DNA of 64,000 bases. Origin: Eledone cirrhosa (lineage: Eukaryota). Shown here in pieces: positions 1 through 12,500 of this stretch; positions within the stretch are counted from its first letter, which is position 1, and every line of letters begins with the position of its first letter. The position numbers and the translations under genes were made by a program. Location: assembly GCA_964016885.1 (NCBI GenBank), contig OZ024746.1, positions 17,236,001 to 17,300,000 on the forward strand. Reading direction: 5' to 3'. A model generated the notes under the pieces. It was not told the origin of the DNA, ran no database searches, and worked only from the letters and a program-made list of their open reading frames with translations.

Positions 1-219
1 ATATCTTATAAATGGGCCTTGGTATCGCTGAGTAGTTAAGAAGTTAACTTCACAGTCATGTGGCCCTTGGTTCAATTGCACACTTGGAAAAGGTGAACAA
101 TGTCTTCTGAGTAAAATTAGTAGAGTCAAACTGTGTAGAAATAAGTAATACAATAAATTCTCCATAGAAGAAGTTGATAGCTTCTGTTACCTAAATGCCT
201 AATAGTTTCTGTTACCACT

Positions 220-660
220 CGCCGTGTTCCTTCTTCATCTCTGTGAAACTCAGCGATTTGAGGTCAGTTTTCACCCCCTTTGCACAAGTCTTTCTCAGTC
301 AACCTCTACTGTGGCTTCCTTCCACTAGGATTTCCTGGCACTTCACCCAGCGACCATCATCCATATGAATCACATGTCCATACTAACACAGTCTTCTGAT
401 TTCTCTTAAAACCAGTTTCTCCCCAAGTTCATCCAAGCTCTGCCTTTCTCCCAAATTCACATTGCACATCGAACAAGGCATCACTGCTTCATTTCTCTGC
501 AGCCTACATATATCCTCTGCAGTCACTGCCCATGTTTCAGAACCATGTAGCATAGTACTTCACACTCAGGCAACATTAGAGCCGACCTTTGATTCAAAGG
601 AAGAAAAATGTTAATGTCAACAGAGGTAGTAGCTCTCTAAACTTCTTCCATCCTATCAAT
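220..660 (-). mobile_element. Degenerate RTE-clade LINE 3' fragment
   Basis: Recognisably similar to the RTE copies at 56786-57310 and 62592-63158 (e.g. GCCCATGTTTCAGAACCATG = HGSETWA on minus); many stops and indels. Confidence 0.8.
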
Positions 661-684
661 TTTCTGCAAGCGTCACCTACTTTC

Positions 685-1030
685 TGCAAGCACAAAATTC
701 TCGGGAACTGGGCAACACCCTGCCATGATCAACACTGGTCTTCTCAGTCTGGACGAGCTCTAAGTGGTAGGTTCCTCAACTCCACAAGCCTCCATTTTTT
801 GTCGTGCCACCTGAATGCTAGTCACTTCGCCCACTACACCGAGCTAAACGTGATCATTAAGTGGGCCCTAGCTCATAATTATCCCCTCAGTTCTGGAGCC
901 GGCTGGATTATCGAGAATTGATGGGAAGAGACCATCTGGTCTTACCCTTTGTCCCATGACGCGGTAAATGTGAGGGTCACTGCTTCACCGAACAGAATAA
1001 AATCCTAAAATACCAGGAATTATCAAATTC
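685..1030 (+). mobile_element. CRE/RLE-type non-LTR retrotransposon fragment (restriction-like endonuclease region)
   Basis: Translates across a frameshift to HYTELNVIIKWAL...PSVLEPAGLSRIDGKRPSGLTLCP; homologous to 26846-27718. Confidence 0.7.
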
Positions 1031-2414
1031 TAATGAAATGTTTTTGCATTGTGTAATTACTAGAAACAAGTTGTAAGAACAGTATTAATTTTTCTTTAAA
1101 ATAAACATGGCTTCTAGCTCCAGCTTTCTGGAGTGAGCTTCTTCTGTCTACAGCGGAGAACCTACTGGAAGAAGTGTTTGAGGACTCTGTCCCTACGACC
1201 TTCTCAGGAAAGAGGAAGTAGAAAAGAAATGGGAAGAAAAAGAAGTAATCGGAGTACTTTCTGTGAAAGCTTATGTTAGCGTCTGACCTGCTAGAAACAG
1301 CAAGCAAATATCCATTCATTCCCTACTAACACAAAAAAAAAAATGAAGTTACAATTGGTAATGCCTTAGACAGAGTCTGAAATAAAAATATTTTATTTCA
1401 GCAGGACGAACTTTATTGTGTTCGAATACTGCTAAGTTAATTTTATAGCATTACTAGTTTTGTGCCCCGCCCTACGGTATTATTTGACCAGAACTTTCTT
1501 AATAATGAATATTTTAAAAATAAATTTTGCAAAGACAAATTGTTTTTTTTTAATGAAATATTATAGTTTATTACGACCACTTAGAAGATGGGAACATAAT
1601 ACCTTATGAATTATACTTTCATTCGTTAATACGCTAAAAGTAAACTCGAAAATATTTTCCTCACGCCTTTTAATTCCATGTGTAAATATTATAGATGTTA
1701 TAACGTCATTTTTACAACTATGAACTGCGAAAGGATTTTTTTAACTTTTCTTATTTCATCGACTTAATTGTTATCTACATCTTTAAAAACATATTTCTTT
1801 CAATCATTTTAAAATATGCATTAATAAAGAATAGTTTTGCTGTAGCGAAGCCAGATGAATAAATTCTGGCAATTTCGCACTAATTCGTTATACTATACCT
1901 TCTGTCTACAATAAAAAAAAAAATTGAACCCAATGTAAGACAAATATTACACTAACTAATTACATAGAATCAATCTAATTATTTATGACATTGTTTTGAA
2001 ATTAATTAATTTTGTAACCTTTAAAATAAAAATAAAATCACCATAACAGATTAACGATAGAACCAACGTGGTTACAGTTTAAACAACAATTTCCCGCCAG
2101 AGGACATATTTAAATACTTTATAATTGGGGGCATTTGACGGTGTAAAGTAACTTTTCTTAAATGAAAAATTAAAGAAATGTTCAAAATTATTATTTTTTT
2201 TTATTGTTGTTATTTTCTTAATTTTACCTATTATGAAATACGTAAACAAAAAATAAAAATATAATAAGAGAAAAAAAAATAGTAAAGTTTACGAAAAGAA
2301 ATAAGCTAGTATGACGAGCCGAAGGTTTTTTTTTTTTTGTTTTGAAGCTTTAAAATTCTATTTTAAATTATGCTGCGAAATTCACAGAATCTGTACTTAC
2401 TTTTCAGGTCTAAA

Positions 2415-2512
2415 CTTTCCACGGAAACTAATTTTCTATCAATTATAAAAACACACGCTGCTCAATTGTTAAAGGGAGGTAATTCACCAACTATGTGAGT
2501 TTCCATAGAAAC
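2415..2512 (+). promoter_or_regulatory. Two RFX X-box-like motifs upstream of EFCAB10
   Basis: GTTTCCATAGAAAC (2499-2512) and CTTTCCACGGAAAC (2415-2428), 27 and about 110 nt before the ATG; they match the imperfect palindromic X-box of ciliary genes. Confidence 0.65.
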
Positions 2513-2538
2513 ATCAAAATAGTGTTTATTGTTTAAAG

Positions 2539-2961
2539 ATGGAGAAAGCGGAATCGACCCGAGAAATGTTAGCAGAAGAGTATTTGAAAGAGCACAAAAT
2601 TCAATCACTGTTTAACAAACTGTTGGCTTCTTTGGTGTTCTTTTCACCTAGTGATCCCAGGTTATTCATGATCGATTACCTGACTGAGTTGAAAAACTGT
2701 CACGGTATACCTTTTTGTATTTTTGATGTGAATAACATTGAATCGCTGTTTAACATGATGGATCCGACCAAAACTGGTTTAATCTCCAAAAAACAGTATG
2801 TAGAAGCCATGAAAACTCTCCATATTAAAAATTATCCGGAATTTCCCTTTGACACTGATATGATATCCTTTCCTGCATTTAATCAAATCGTCAGCGGGGC
2901 TCTCCATGAGGAATGGGCTACTTACAAATCTATTGGTAAGTATTTTTCGGATAATATTTAA
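2539..2961 (+). CDS. EFCAB10: EF-hand calcium-binding domain-containing protein 10-like (N-terminal Dpy-30/RIIa-type docking motif plus EF-hand); single coding exon, 140 aa
   Basis: AEEYLKEHKIQSLFNKLLASLVFFSPSDPRLFMIDYL docking-type motif; EF-hand NIESLFNMMDPTKTGLISKKQYVEAMKTL; uninterrupted ATG..TAA; AATAAA at about 3093. Confidence 0.85.
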   Translation: MEKAESTREMLAEEYLKEHKIQSLFNKLLASLVFFSPSDPRLFMIDYLTELKNCHGIPFCIFDVNNIESLFNMMDPTKTGLISKKQYVEAMKTLHIKNYPEFPFDTDMISFPAFNQIVSGALHEEWATYKSIGKYFSDNI

Positions 2962-3199
2962 ACAAAGAACGGTGATGGATAATGGCAGAATTGTTGAAGC
3001 ATCGGATAAAATACCACTGCGGTATTATGGTTCTTTACATTGTGAGTTCAAATCCCACCGAGATCAGCTTTGCTTTTCATCCTTCCGTGGTCAATAAAAG
3101 AAAGTTGTCCTTTCCTTAAATTTGCTGGCATTGTTCCTAAATTAGAAATCAATATTTAAACACTACAAGAAATGCTGGTGTTGTCTTTTTAAAATATTT

Positions 3200-3500
3200 C
3201 TGGCAAGCTTAGACATTCACAACAAGTGATAGCAAGACTAAGGTGCTGGAACAGCCAAGCACCTCTACGAATAATTCCTTGATGCTCGAGAAGGCTTGGC
3301 TTTTCCAGTAGCTTAGAATCGATGTTACCATCAGGATCCTTTGTTGATAGCTGCCTCGTGGCAAACCAAAGAAATGACCCAAAGGCCAGCTGAAGGTAAC
3401 TTTGAAGGAGAGCAACATCATCTCTTCAAGAATCAAAAATATTTTTCACATTTTGGTGGTCTCACTATTAGAGATGGATTAAAGATATGGAGAAGAAATA
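3200..3500 (+). mobile_element. Highly decayed 3' fragment of a second RTE-like LINE
   Basis: Residual translation PRGKPKK*PKGQLKVTLKESNI resembles the RTE C-terminal RxxGRPKKRxKD motif. Confidence 0.4.
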
Positions 3501-3960
3501 TAGTCAGCACTAATTGGTGAGTAAAAAAGGTATGCTTGCTGAGTAATACCTGGCAATCATTTACATGAACCATCTTTCAACCATATCTGCACATCAAGAA
3601 TTTAGATATTCACTCATCAAAAGATTCACAGATGAAGGAGAAGATAGTTATCAGATTTGATAAACAACCCTAAGTAACACATTTATCGTTCATGAAAAAG
3701 AATGATAGGCTGTAACACATTTATCGTTCAGGAAAAAGAATGATAGGCTTGAAATCTTTTAGCGATTGCAGAAACTTTTTTAAGATCTGAATTTTAAAGA
3801 TTATTTTTCATAAAGTAAAATTTATTTTCTCAGACAAAATGCACATTCTATATCTAATCTAACATGCACATTTTGACAGAATTTATAGCTAAGACTTATT
3901 AAATGCTAAGGTCACTGTGTATGATTTCCTATATATCATCATACATATATATATATATAC

Positions 3961-6150
3961 AAATTTAGGAAAGCCCTTCAAGATGTGTATGACGAAAAAG
4001 AAGACGATTTAGAGTTGTATGACGTAGATGATAACTGGAATTTCTTACATGACAACTTACTGCAGGCTACTGAAGAAACTTGTGGCTGGAGCAGAGCTCC
4101 AACCAGACAATGAATGACCTGGTGGTGGAACAGCACGGTAGATAGGGCCATTAGAGACAAAAGACTAGCATGGAATGCTTGGAAAAATGGTGGGAGTAGA
4201 GAAGGATATACAACCACTAAGCGAGAAGCTAGACGTCGGGTGTATTTAGCACGCAGGGAGGCTGAGAGTAGGAGGTTTGCCAATGTTCTGCAACGGGAAG
4301 ATCAGAGATGTGCGGTGTTCCGCATTGCAAAGCAGTGTGCCAGTGCAAATCAGGATGTTGGAGATAAATGTGTCCAGAATGATGCCGGTGTACTTAGTGT
4401 CACGAATGATCAGAAAAAGGAAGCCTGGAAATGTCATTATGAGAGACTGATGAATGTGGAGAACGAATGGAAGAGAGAGAAATTACCTCCACTAGATCCG
4501 ACAGAGAGACCAGCTATTGAGATTGATGAATATAGGGTCCAAGAGGCGATTAAGGAAATGAAAAAATGGTATGGCCGCTAGACTGTCGGGGATAGTTGCT
4601 CAGATGCTGAAGGCATCAGGGTACATAGGCACTAAACTGGTTGCATGCATCATCAATCAGACTATATATGGCGGTGTCATACCCAAAGACTGGTGCAGCA
4701 GTATTCTCATAAATGGCTACAAAGGTAAAGGGAATGCTCTGGAGAGGAGCAATTATAGGGGATAAAACTGATGGATCAGGTCATGAAAGTGGCAAAAAGG
4801 ATATTAGTGCAACTAGTTAGAGAAAAGATCAAACTAGATAAGATGCAGTTTGGTTTTGTGCCTCTGAAAAGTACAACGGATGCCCTCTTCTTAGTGAGGC
4901 AACTACAAGAGAAGTTCTTAGAGAAGAATAAGCCATTATACTTATCTTTTGTTGACCTAGAGAAGGCTTTGATACGGTACCCTGATCTGTCATCTGGTGG
5001 TCCCTAAGGAAGCTAGGTGTTGAGGAATGGCTTGTGAGGACAGTGCAGGCTTTGTACAGAGGTGCTGTCAGTAAAGTGAGGGTAGGAATGGAGTTTAGTG
5101 AGGAATTCCAGATACAAGTAAGAGTACATCAGGGTTCAGTCCTCAGCCCGCTCTTGTTCATTATAGTCCTCCAAGCCATAACAGAGGAGTTTAAGACTGG
5201 CTGTCCATGGGAACTTCTCTATGCTGACGATCTGGTTCTTATAGCAGAATCAGTAGAGGAGCTGGAGAATAAATTCTGGCTATGGAAACAGCAGTTGGAA
5301 TCAAGAGGACTGAGAGTGAACCTAGCTAAGACAAAAGTGTTGATGAGTAGAAAAGAGGACAATACTCTGATTCCGTCAGGGAAATGGCCATATTTGATAT
5401 GCAGAAAAGGAACTGGCATAAATTCTATAAAAGGTACACAATGCAGATCTTGGGTACACAAGAGATGTAGTGGGATAGCAGGCAGTAGGGAGAAATACGT
5501 ATGCAGTAGATGTACAAGAAAAATTGACAGTAGAAGTCGCATTGATAGACACTTTTTTTCAAATGCAGGTGGGTGCTATAGAAGTGGTTGATAGCTTCCG
5601 ATACCTAGGTGATCAGATTAGCATGGGGGGGGGGGTTCCGAGGCCATAGTATCTAGAATAAGGACGGGTTGGAAGAAGTTTAGGGAGCTGCTTCCTCTGC
5701 TGACGTAGAAGGGTTTCTCCTTGCATACGAAAGGCCGGTTATATGATGCCTGTATGAGGTGTGCGATGCTGCATGGTAGTGAGACATGGGCAGCAACTGC
5801 AGAGGATATGCGACGGCTGGAAAGAAATGAGGCAAGCATGCTCCGTTGGATGTGCAATATCAATTAGCGTGAACGGCCGAGCATGGATGTGTTGAGAGAG
5901 AAACTGTGTCTGAGAAGGATAAATTGTTGTGTGCGGGAGAGGATGACCGATGGGTGAAGAAGTGCCAAGAAATGCCAGTTGAAGGAAGACCACGAAAAAC
6001 ATGGACGGAGGTGGTGAGAGCAGACCTCTGATCACTGAAGCTCACGATGGAGATGACGAAGGACCGTGACAAGTGGAGAGGTGCTGTGGTGAATAGGACC
6101 CGTCCCATCCTTGCAAGCAGAGAAAAGCGGACATAAAATGATGATGATGA
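3961..6150 (+). mobile_element. 5'-truncated RTE-clade LINE (frameshifted RT, Cys/His finger, (ATG)n tail)
   Basis: Fragmented ORFs with RT motifs NYRG, QFGF, FVDLEKA, HQGSVLSP, LLYADDL; C-terminal HGSETW...; ends in ATGATGATG. Confidence 0.95.
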
Positions 6151-6459
6151 TATATGTGTGTGTGTATGTGCACTAAAAACACATTAACATTGTGTAAAAT
6201 CATTATAAAAGTTCAAATTTTATACCTCATAATTCTGAAAATTTATATATAGATATATATTAAATCAAAAGTAGGATGATATCATACTACTTTTGATTTA
6301 ATAGATGCTCGGATTTACTACTTGGAATCTTTGAGCTTATTCCACAGGTGGTATGGCGCATGATTCTGATATTCTCAGACATGACATCCTTAATATAATT
6401 TTGGTACTATATAAATATATATTAAGATACAGTAGTTTATTAATAACAACTATTACAAA

Positions 6460-6960
6460 TCTATGTTATAAGAGCTCTGTCTGTCCGTCCGTCATGCTCA
6501 CTTTATATAGAGGGGGAGCGCCAAGCGAGAGATATGTACGTACATAGAGAAAAGGGATCGCCGTGTTTTTGAGGTGACAGAAAGTTAAGACGTCACCCTC
6601 ATCTATATAGAGGGAGGGGGAGCGCCAAGTGAGAGAACAGGGAACGCCGTGTGTTTTCGGGGTGACAGAAAGAGGTAGATAGACAGAAAGTTACGACGCC
6701 GCCCCAAATTATATAGCGAGAGGGGGAGCTCCAAGCGAAATAGATGTACATAAATAGAGAGATGTGTGTGACAGAAAGGGAGAAGACCTCCTCTATATTG
6801 TGAGAGGGGGACCAGCAAGTGCTCATAGACAAACTCACATGAAAACTGTTCAGCGAAGGATATAAACAGTGAATTAAAATGTTAATCTAACAAGTTGATG
6901 CTATTTTAAAATCTATATTGAAACAGTTAATTTAACTTACAAAGTTGGCTTAAAAACTAT
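6460..6960 (+). mobile_element. Possible non-autonomous Helitron-like element with internal purine-rich subrepeats
   Basis: Starts A|TCTATGTTATAAGAG...CTGTCTGTCCGTCC, like many Helitron 5' ends; internal GAGGGGGAGCGCCAAG repeats; no clear CTAG 3' end found. Confidence 0.3.
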
Positions 6961-9556
6961 TGATAATTACATAAATATGAAAAAGAAAGATAAAAATAAA
7001 ATTAAGTAATGAGAAAAAAGGGAAGGGGTAAAGAAGGGCAGATCTGGCTGTATGGGAAAGTAGAGGAAAGGACTATAAATGCCATAAATGAGAGAAAAGG
7101 GAGGGAAAAGGCAAGGAATCTTGGACCACAGAAGAAAGGGAGGAGGTAAACAAAACTATATATTTAAGATGGACTGAACTATTATCTAAGTTGGGTTACT
7201 GGATAACACTGTCACCATACCCATTTTTCGATGGTGTACTCTCAGAAAATGAAAATAGGATTTATAAATGAATATCTTGAAATTGGTTCCTTGAAGTTTT
7301 GACTTTACAAACTTTTCTTCTCAAAACAAAACAAAAAAAAAAAAGAAAAGGAATTTAAGATCAAATAAAAAAAGTTAAAGAAGCTGGTCAAAAAATTCCC
7401 TAGAAATTAAAATGCCTACCCAGAATGTGTAACCACCCTAGAGCACTAAAGCCTTTGTTAGTATTTTGTTTTTTAGTCAAGGCTGCTTTTTGTCAACTTT
7501 GCTTTTCATCCTTACGAGATAAATGGAATAAAGCATTTGTCAAATACTGGAATCTGTGGCCTTGTGCCTATGATAGAAACCAATAGTCTTAGACTGCATA
7601 TCATTATCTAAACATTCCCAACGACCAAATACTTTTGTTGGTTAGCTTTAAGACAACCCTGTTTGGATAGACTCATGATAAAATGCATTCCAGCCTTAAC
7701 CAACTATATTGCCTTTAAAATTGGTGCAATTTAATGCCGTCAATGATCCACTTAAACTGTTGCCAGTCAACAACTGCAGGAAAGATATGTACATGAGAGG
7801 AAGTCACAGAGCAAACGTCATGAGAAGAAAGGACTGGGTGTAACAGTTAGTGCAGGACCTGGTGGTGGGGATACAATTACAATATAAGTGATGAAAGGAA
7901 AAGAGGCGAGTGAATCGAGAATGCCTGATTGGAAATGGTACAAGAGTAACCAAGGGCAGAGGCTATTGTAGCAGATGTTAGTGTTGAAAACAAGTAAGCA
8001 GTGATGGAATTTTAGGAACCAAGGGCACGCAGTTTGGCGGGAATAGACGCTATAAGCTCCTTCCCTCAGAAACTAAAAACTGTATCTGCTCCCCGCTCAA
8101 CACTCACACCATTTGCACCACTGCAAGTAGGTTGTTAACTTATAGGAAGAAGAGTTCAGAGGACAAAACCGAACTTGAGAGACACAAGAGTTGATTGAAT
8201 GTGGGTCAAACAGCTCTATCAGCGTTTGTACGATCTGACAAGAAGCCATTGATAAAAACATAATACGAGACGGTGGAGCCCATAGGCAGGCAGTTTTAGC
8301 ATGAGATTTGCTTGCCAGACACGATCAATCAAAAGCTTTGCTGATGTCGAGAGCAACATTACTTTCACAAACTTTCTTGAAGAGGAAAGCCCACTCATGA
8401 GTAGCATAGTATATACAAGTCGTCAAGGGAAGGGGGAAGATTTAAGGTATCTTTTAAAGACTACATTGTCTAATGTGTCCTTCCATTCTTAAAAAAATAT
8501 AATAGGGTCTAGATTGAGAGACTTTGGCTGCTATTTTTAGCAGATCGAGCGACTGGGTAGAATCGTTCCAGTTAACTTGATATATTTTAATAATATCCAC
8601 AACGCGTGAATTTTAAATGTATTCCCCTTATACATCTTGTCGCAAATTATATATAACTAAACATTACGTTGTATGTCACGGAATATGGTGCTTGACTATC
8701 CTAGCATCTTAGCCTCGCTATTATTCGTGGTAATGGCGTGAGCGCCCTGTGTTACCTCAAAATCTTTTAGAAGGTAACAGACACTCCCTGTTGTAATTGT
8801 GCATGCACGTCTTCTCTCGCTTTTTTTCTTTTCTTTCTGACACTTATTTATTGATTTGTCTCTTGCAAATCATAACACTATTGTTTACTTTTCTTTCATT
8901 TATAAATCATTCATAATGGCTTATAATTTTGACACGTGGCCAGTAAACTTGACTAGTACTTTATTTTATCGACCTCTGAAGGATGAATGGTAGAGTTAAC
9001 CTCGTCGGGATTTGAACTCAGAACGTAAAGAGCCGGAATAAATACTGCAAAGCCGGAATAAATACTGTCTGACGCTCTAACGGCTAAAATACAACAACTA
9101 TGCCAGTGGAATTGAGGAAGACCAATTATTTGTATGTTTGAGATTTTAAACTGCAGACGCAGAGTTGTTACTGAATATTATATTATTAGCTGACGAGGAT
9201 AACTTTGCCTTTCATCCTTACGGGGTCGATAAAATAAAGTACCAGTAATGTACTGGGTATTTGCTGGCCTTGTGCCTAAAGTAGAAACAATTATATTATT
9301 AGCTGACTTGTAATTCAACTCAGGCCACGCGTGTCTGTTATACAGTTTTTGAACTGTTTTCAAACGGAAAAGCATCACAACCAAAATCGATATCAACAAT
9401 TACCCGAGCAGACGTGTGATGGGAGAGAAATATCGATGTGAGATCTCTAGTTACATGAGATAGAAATATCTCTAATTAAGATGTTTAAAGGACAGAAGAG
9501 CAACGTTAAATGTTTATTTATTTGTATCTAAAGAAAATTAATTAACGTTGTGCACC

Positions 9557-12500
9557 ATGTTGGGAAAGTTGGTAAGACATTCGTTTATATTTTTAATATA
9601 TTTGTACCTACATATGCAGTGCACCTGAGCACTATACACAATCATTTTAATTATTATCATTTATATGTGCTCCTTAACATGTTGCTGCACGTTATTTTCT
9701 ATTTATATATTGTTAAAAATACATCGTTTCGCTAACATTGTCATTGCAACGAACTTGAGATAGGAAGGGAGGAAAAAGTTAAAGGGGTTGTAATAAAATG
9801 GACTTCATTGCAGATCATGAAAATTACAAATAATATTTTTCTTGCTAATTATTTTGTTTATATTATATCGCAATATTTCCGAAAAATAACTCAAAGGAAA
9901 GTAAACATGGAAAATTGCGGCGCAGTTAAAAATGAACTTGGCTTTCTTGAATTACCGAAGCTCTTCTTTAACTATTTCGTGAGATAGACATACATCTCCA
10001 ATAATAAACTTAGATTAATAAGTTAACTAATTCTCTTGTTTTAATTAGTGCTAGTGTTGTTTGTTTTTCGTAATACACATACTTTTAAAACGAAAATATT
10101 TTTACATAAAGCGTTAAGTATATTTTTTTAACAAGAATAAAGATTTGATTACAAATAAAACATTCGAACAAAACATTCTATATTGCATTTAGATTATGTG
10201 AAACTAAACGCGAGAAATAGTTGCCAAAATAGCCGAATATGGGGGGGGGGGGATAGAAGAAGTTATAGTTGGCCCTTGGCCCCAATGTCCCCCCTAATAC
10301 AAGCTCTGCTGCACCTCGGGACAAGGAGGGTAAACTCTCCAAATACCGGTCACTCTCCGACAGGTCTAGTCCGCAGCAGTTGAGACTTCTGGTATCCTTG
10401 GCCCTAGGACCACCTCCCTACTCACCACCATTGGTATGGAGTTGGCTACCTGCAGATGTAGGCCTCGCGAGCTGGAATGGCTCTTCCAACGCATCTCCCT
10501 TACCATCTTCCGTGGAAACGCCTTCTATATTCTGTCCGCAGCGCATGGGTTCCTGATTGCTTATAATAGTGAGAGGTGGGGAGAGCGAGAACATCAACGC
10601 ACACACGCACTCGTTAAGACAATGATAGATGTTAAATACTTCCTATAACATCAATATATCTTATTACTATTATATATTTACTGTGAATTGGAAATCTAAT
10701 AAAATCATAGCTGATGATAAAAGTAAACACATTGGATGTATCGAAAATAATCAAAACAAAGCATTGAAGAAATATGAAGTTCATTTTAAAAAAATGAGAA
10801 ACTCAAATGCAAGAAATAGCTGTTAATAACAGCATAGAAGTCAGCTAAAAATATCCCTAAGATCAGAAAATAATGGCTAGTGGCCACTACAGAGAAATGG
10901 GAAGTTGTGAGGTCGGGTTGGTGAAAAGTATAGATGTGTATAGGCATGTCGGAGTGTTTGTTATGGAAAAGAGTAAAAGGAAAACAAGTGAAGACCAAAG
11001 TTGTCTTCTCTTTCTCATGCGAAACTATATGACCAGATGAGAGATGACGAGGTTGAGATACATCTGTGCTTTGGTCTTGTAACTTTAATCTACACTCATT
11101 TTGTATCTTTGGGGCATTTAATACAGATGATGTGCAAAGTTTGGAAAGAAATAAGGTGATGTGCAATGTTAGTGTGGATGAATGTTGAAGCACAGATGAG
11201 TTGAGGAAAAGACTGGGTACAAGAGAAATTGAATGTTGCATACAAGATAGGTAACTGCTGGTACAGACATGTAATGCGTATGGATGATGGCAGTTGGATT
11301 TACACATGGAAGAAGAAAACTAAAGGAAGACATGGGCAGAAGTGGTGGAAGCTGATCTTGAAATGGTGAACCTCACAAAAGAGATGATAAAGGGACATAA
11401 CAAATAGCATGGTGATTTAGTAAGGACCTAACCAAACCATGAAAGCTTGGGAAAAACATATGTGAAAAGATCAAAAGAGAAGGCATAGCCAATATATGAC
11501 ATGGAACTCCTATATTTGAGAACATTCCTAAAATTCTCATTATTTAAATGAAAATGCTTAAAATCTTTTTCATTATCAGATGTTCTGGTAGTTTTTTTTT
11601 TCCATATTCGGACCACTCTATTTATAAAAAAAAAAAAAAAAGTATGGTAATCTTGCCAAATACATTTGTAGTTGGAGTATGTGAAAAATAACTTGACTTT
11701 CTTGTTTGCAAGGGTGGATATTTCTTTAGAAATGCAAACATATTTATCAATAAAAAAAAAGTTAAGCACTGGTCTAACCATTCAATCATCAAGCACTTTA
11801 TAGAGTGTACTGGGTGCATTTTATGACACCAGCACTAGAAATGTTCTCATGACCATGACATGACAGAAGAGTTTCCTCTGTCCTGTATTGTTACCATTCA
11901 AACATCATCTTAATAGTCTTCAATGTATAATGTACATTCCTTGTCTTGTGTTTGTTTGTTTTTTACTTAAATTCATTCTTTTTGCATGTTATATTTTCCA
12001 GATTAGTTTTGCTGTTGGATTTTATGTGGGAGCCTATGCTGATCAATATTATTCTGTAAGTGTTCAAATTTTCTTTCGTTACACATGATTAAGCTTCTCA
12101 TTATTGCTTGTTTTTTAGTAGGCTTGTGATCAAAGACATCCCAACTGAGATCATCAAGTCTTGTTTTCTGACTGTGTATCTAGGACTACATTATTCAAAG
12201 TGTCCTTCCTTTTCTATGACAGAATAGTGTAGCTTGAAGATTTGGTTGCTATTTTTAGTAGGTCAAGCAACTACTAAGAGGCTTTCACCGTGTGTGTATG
12301 TTGTGTATTTATTAAAAGAACCCCTATCTTGCTCAGAACATTGACCTCCTGGAAACTGTTCAGAGACGTGCAACCAAGCGCATACCCTCCATCAGACACC
12401 TACCATACTCTGAACGCCTTGCTTCCCTGGGCATGGATTCATTGAAGCTCCGACGTCTGGCAATGGACTTGGTGAATACCCACAAAGTTTTTAACCATCT

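Noticed and set aside
1023-1319. 98-aa minus-strand ORF
   Set aside because: No recognisable motif; its start overlaps a common repeat fragment and there is no supported splice context.
7770-8450. Possible coding sequence (also 29860-30250)
   Set aside because: Looks like heavily decayed LINE 3' sequence on the minus strand; too degraded to classify confidently.
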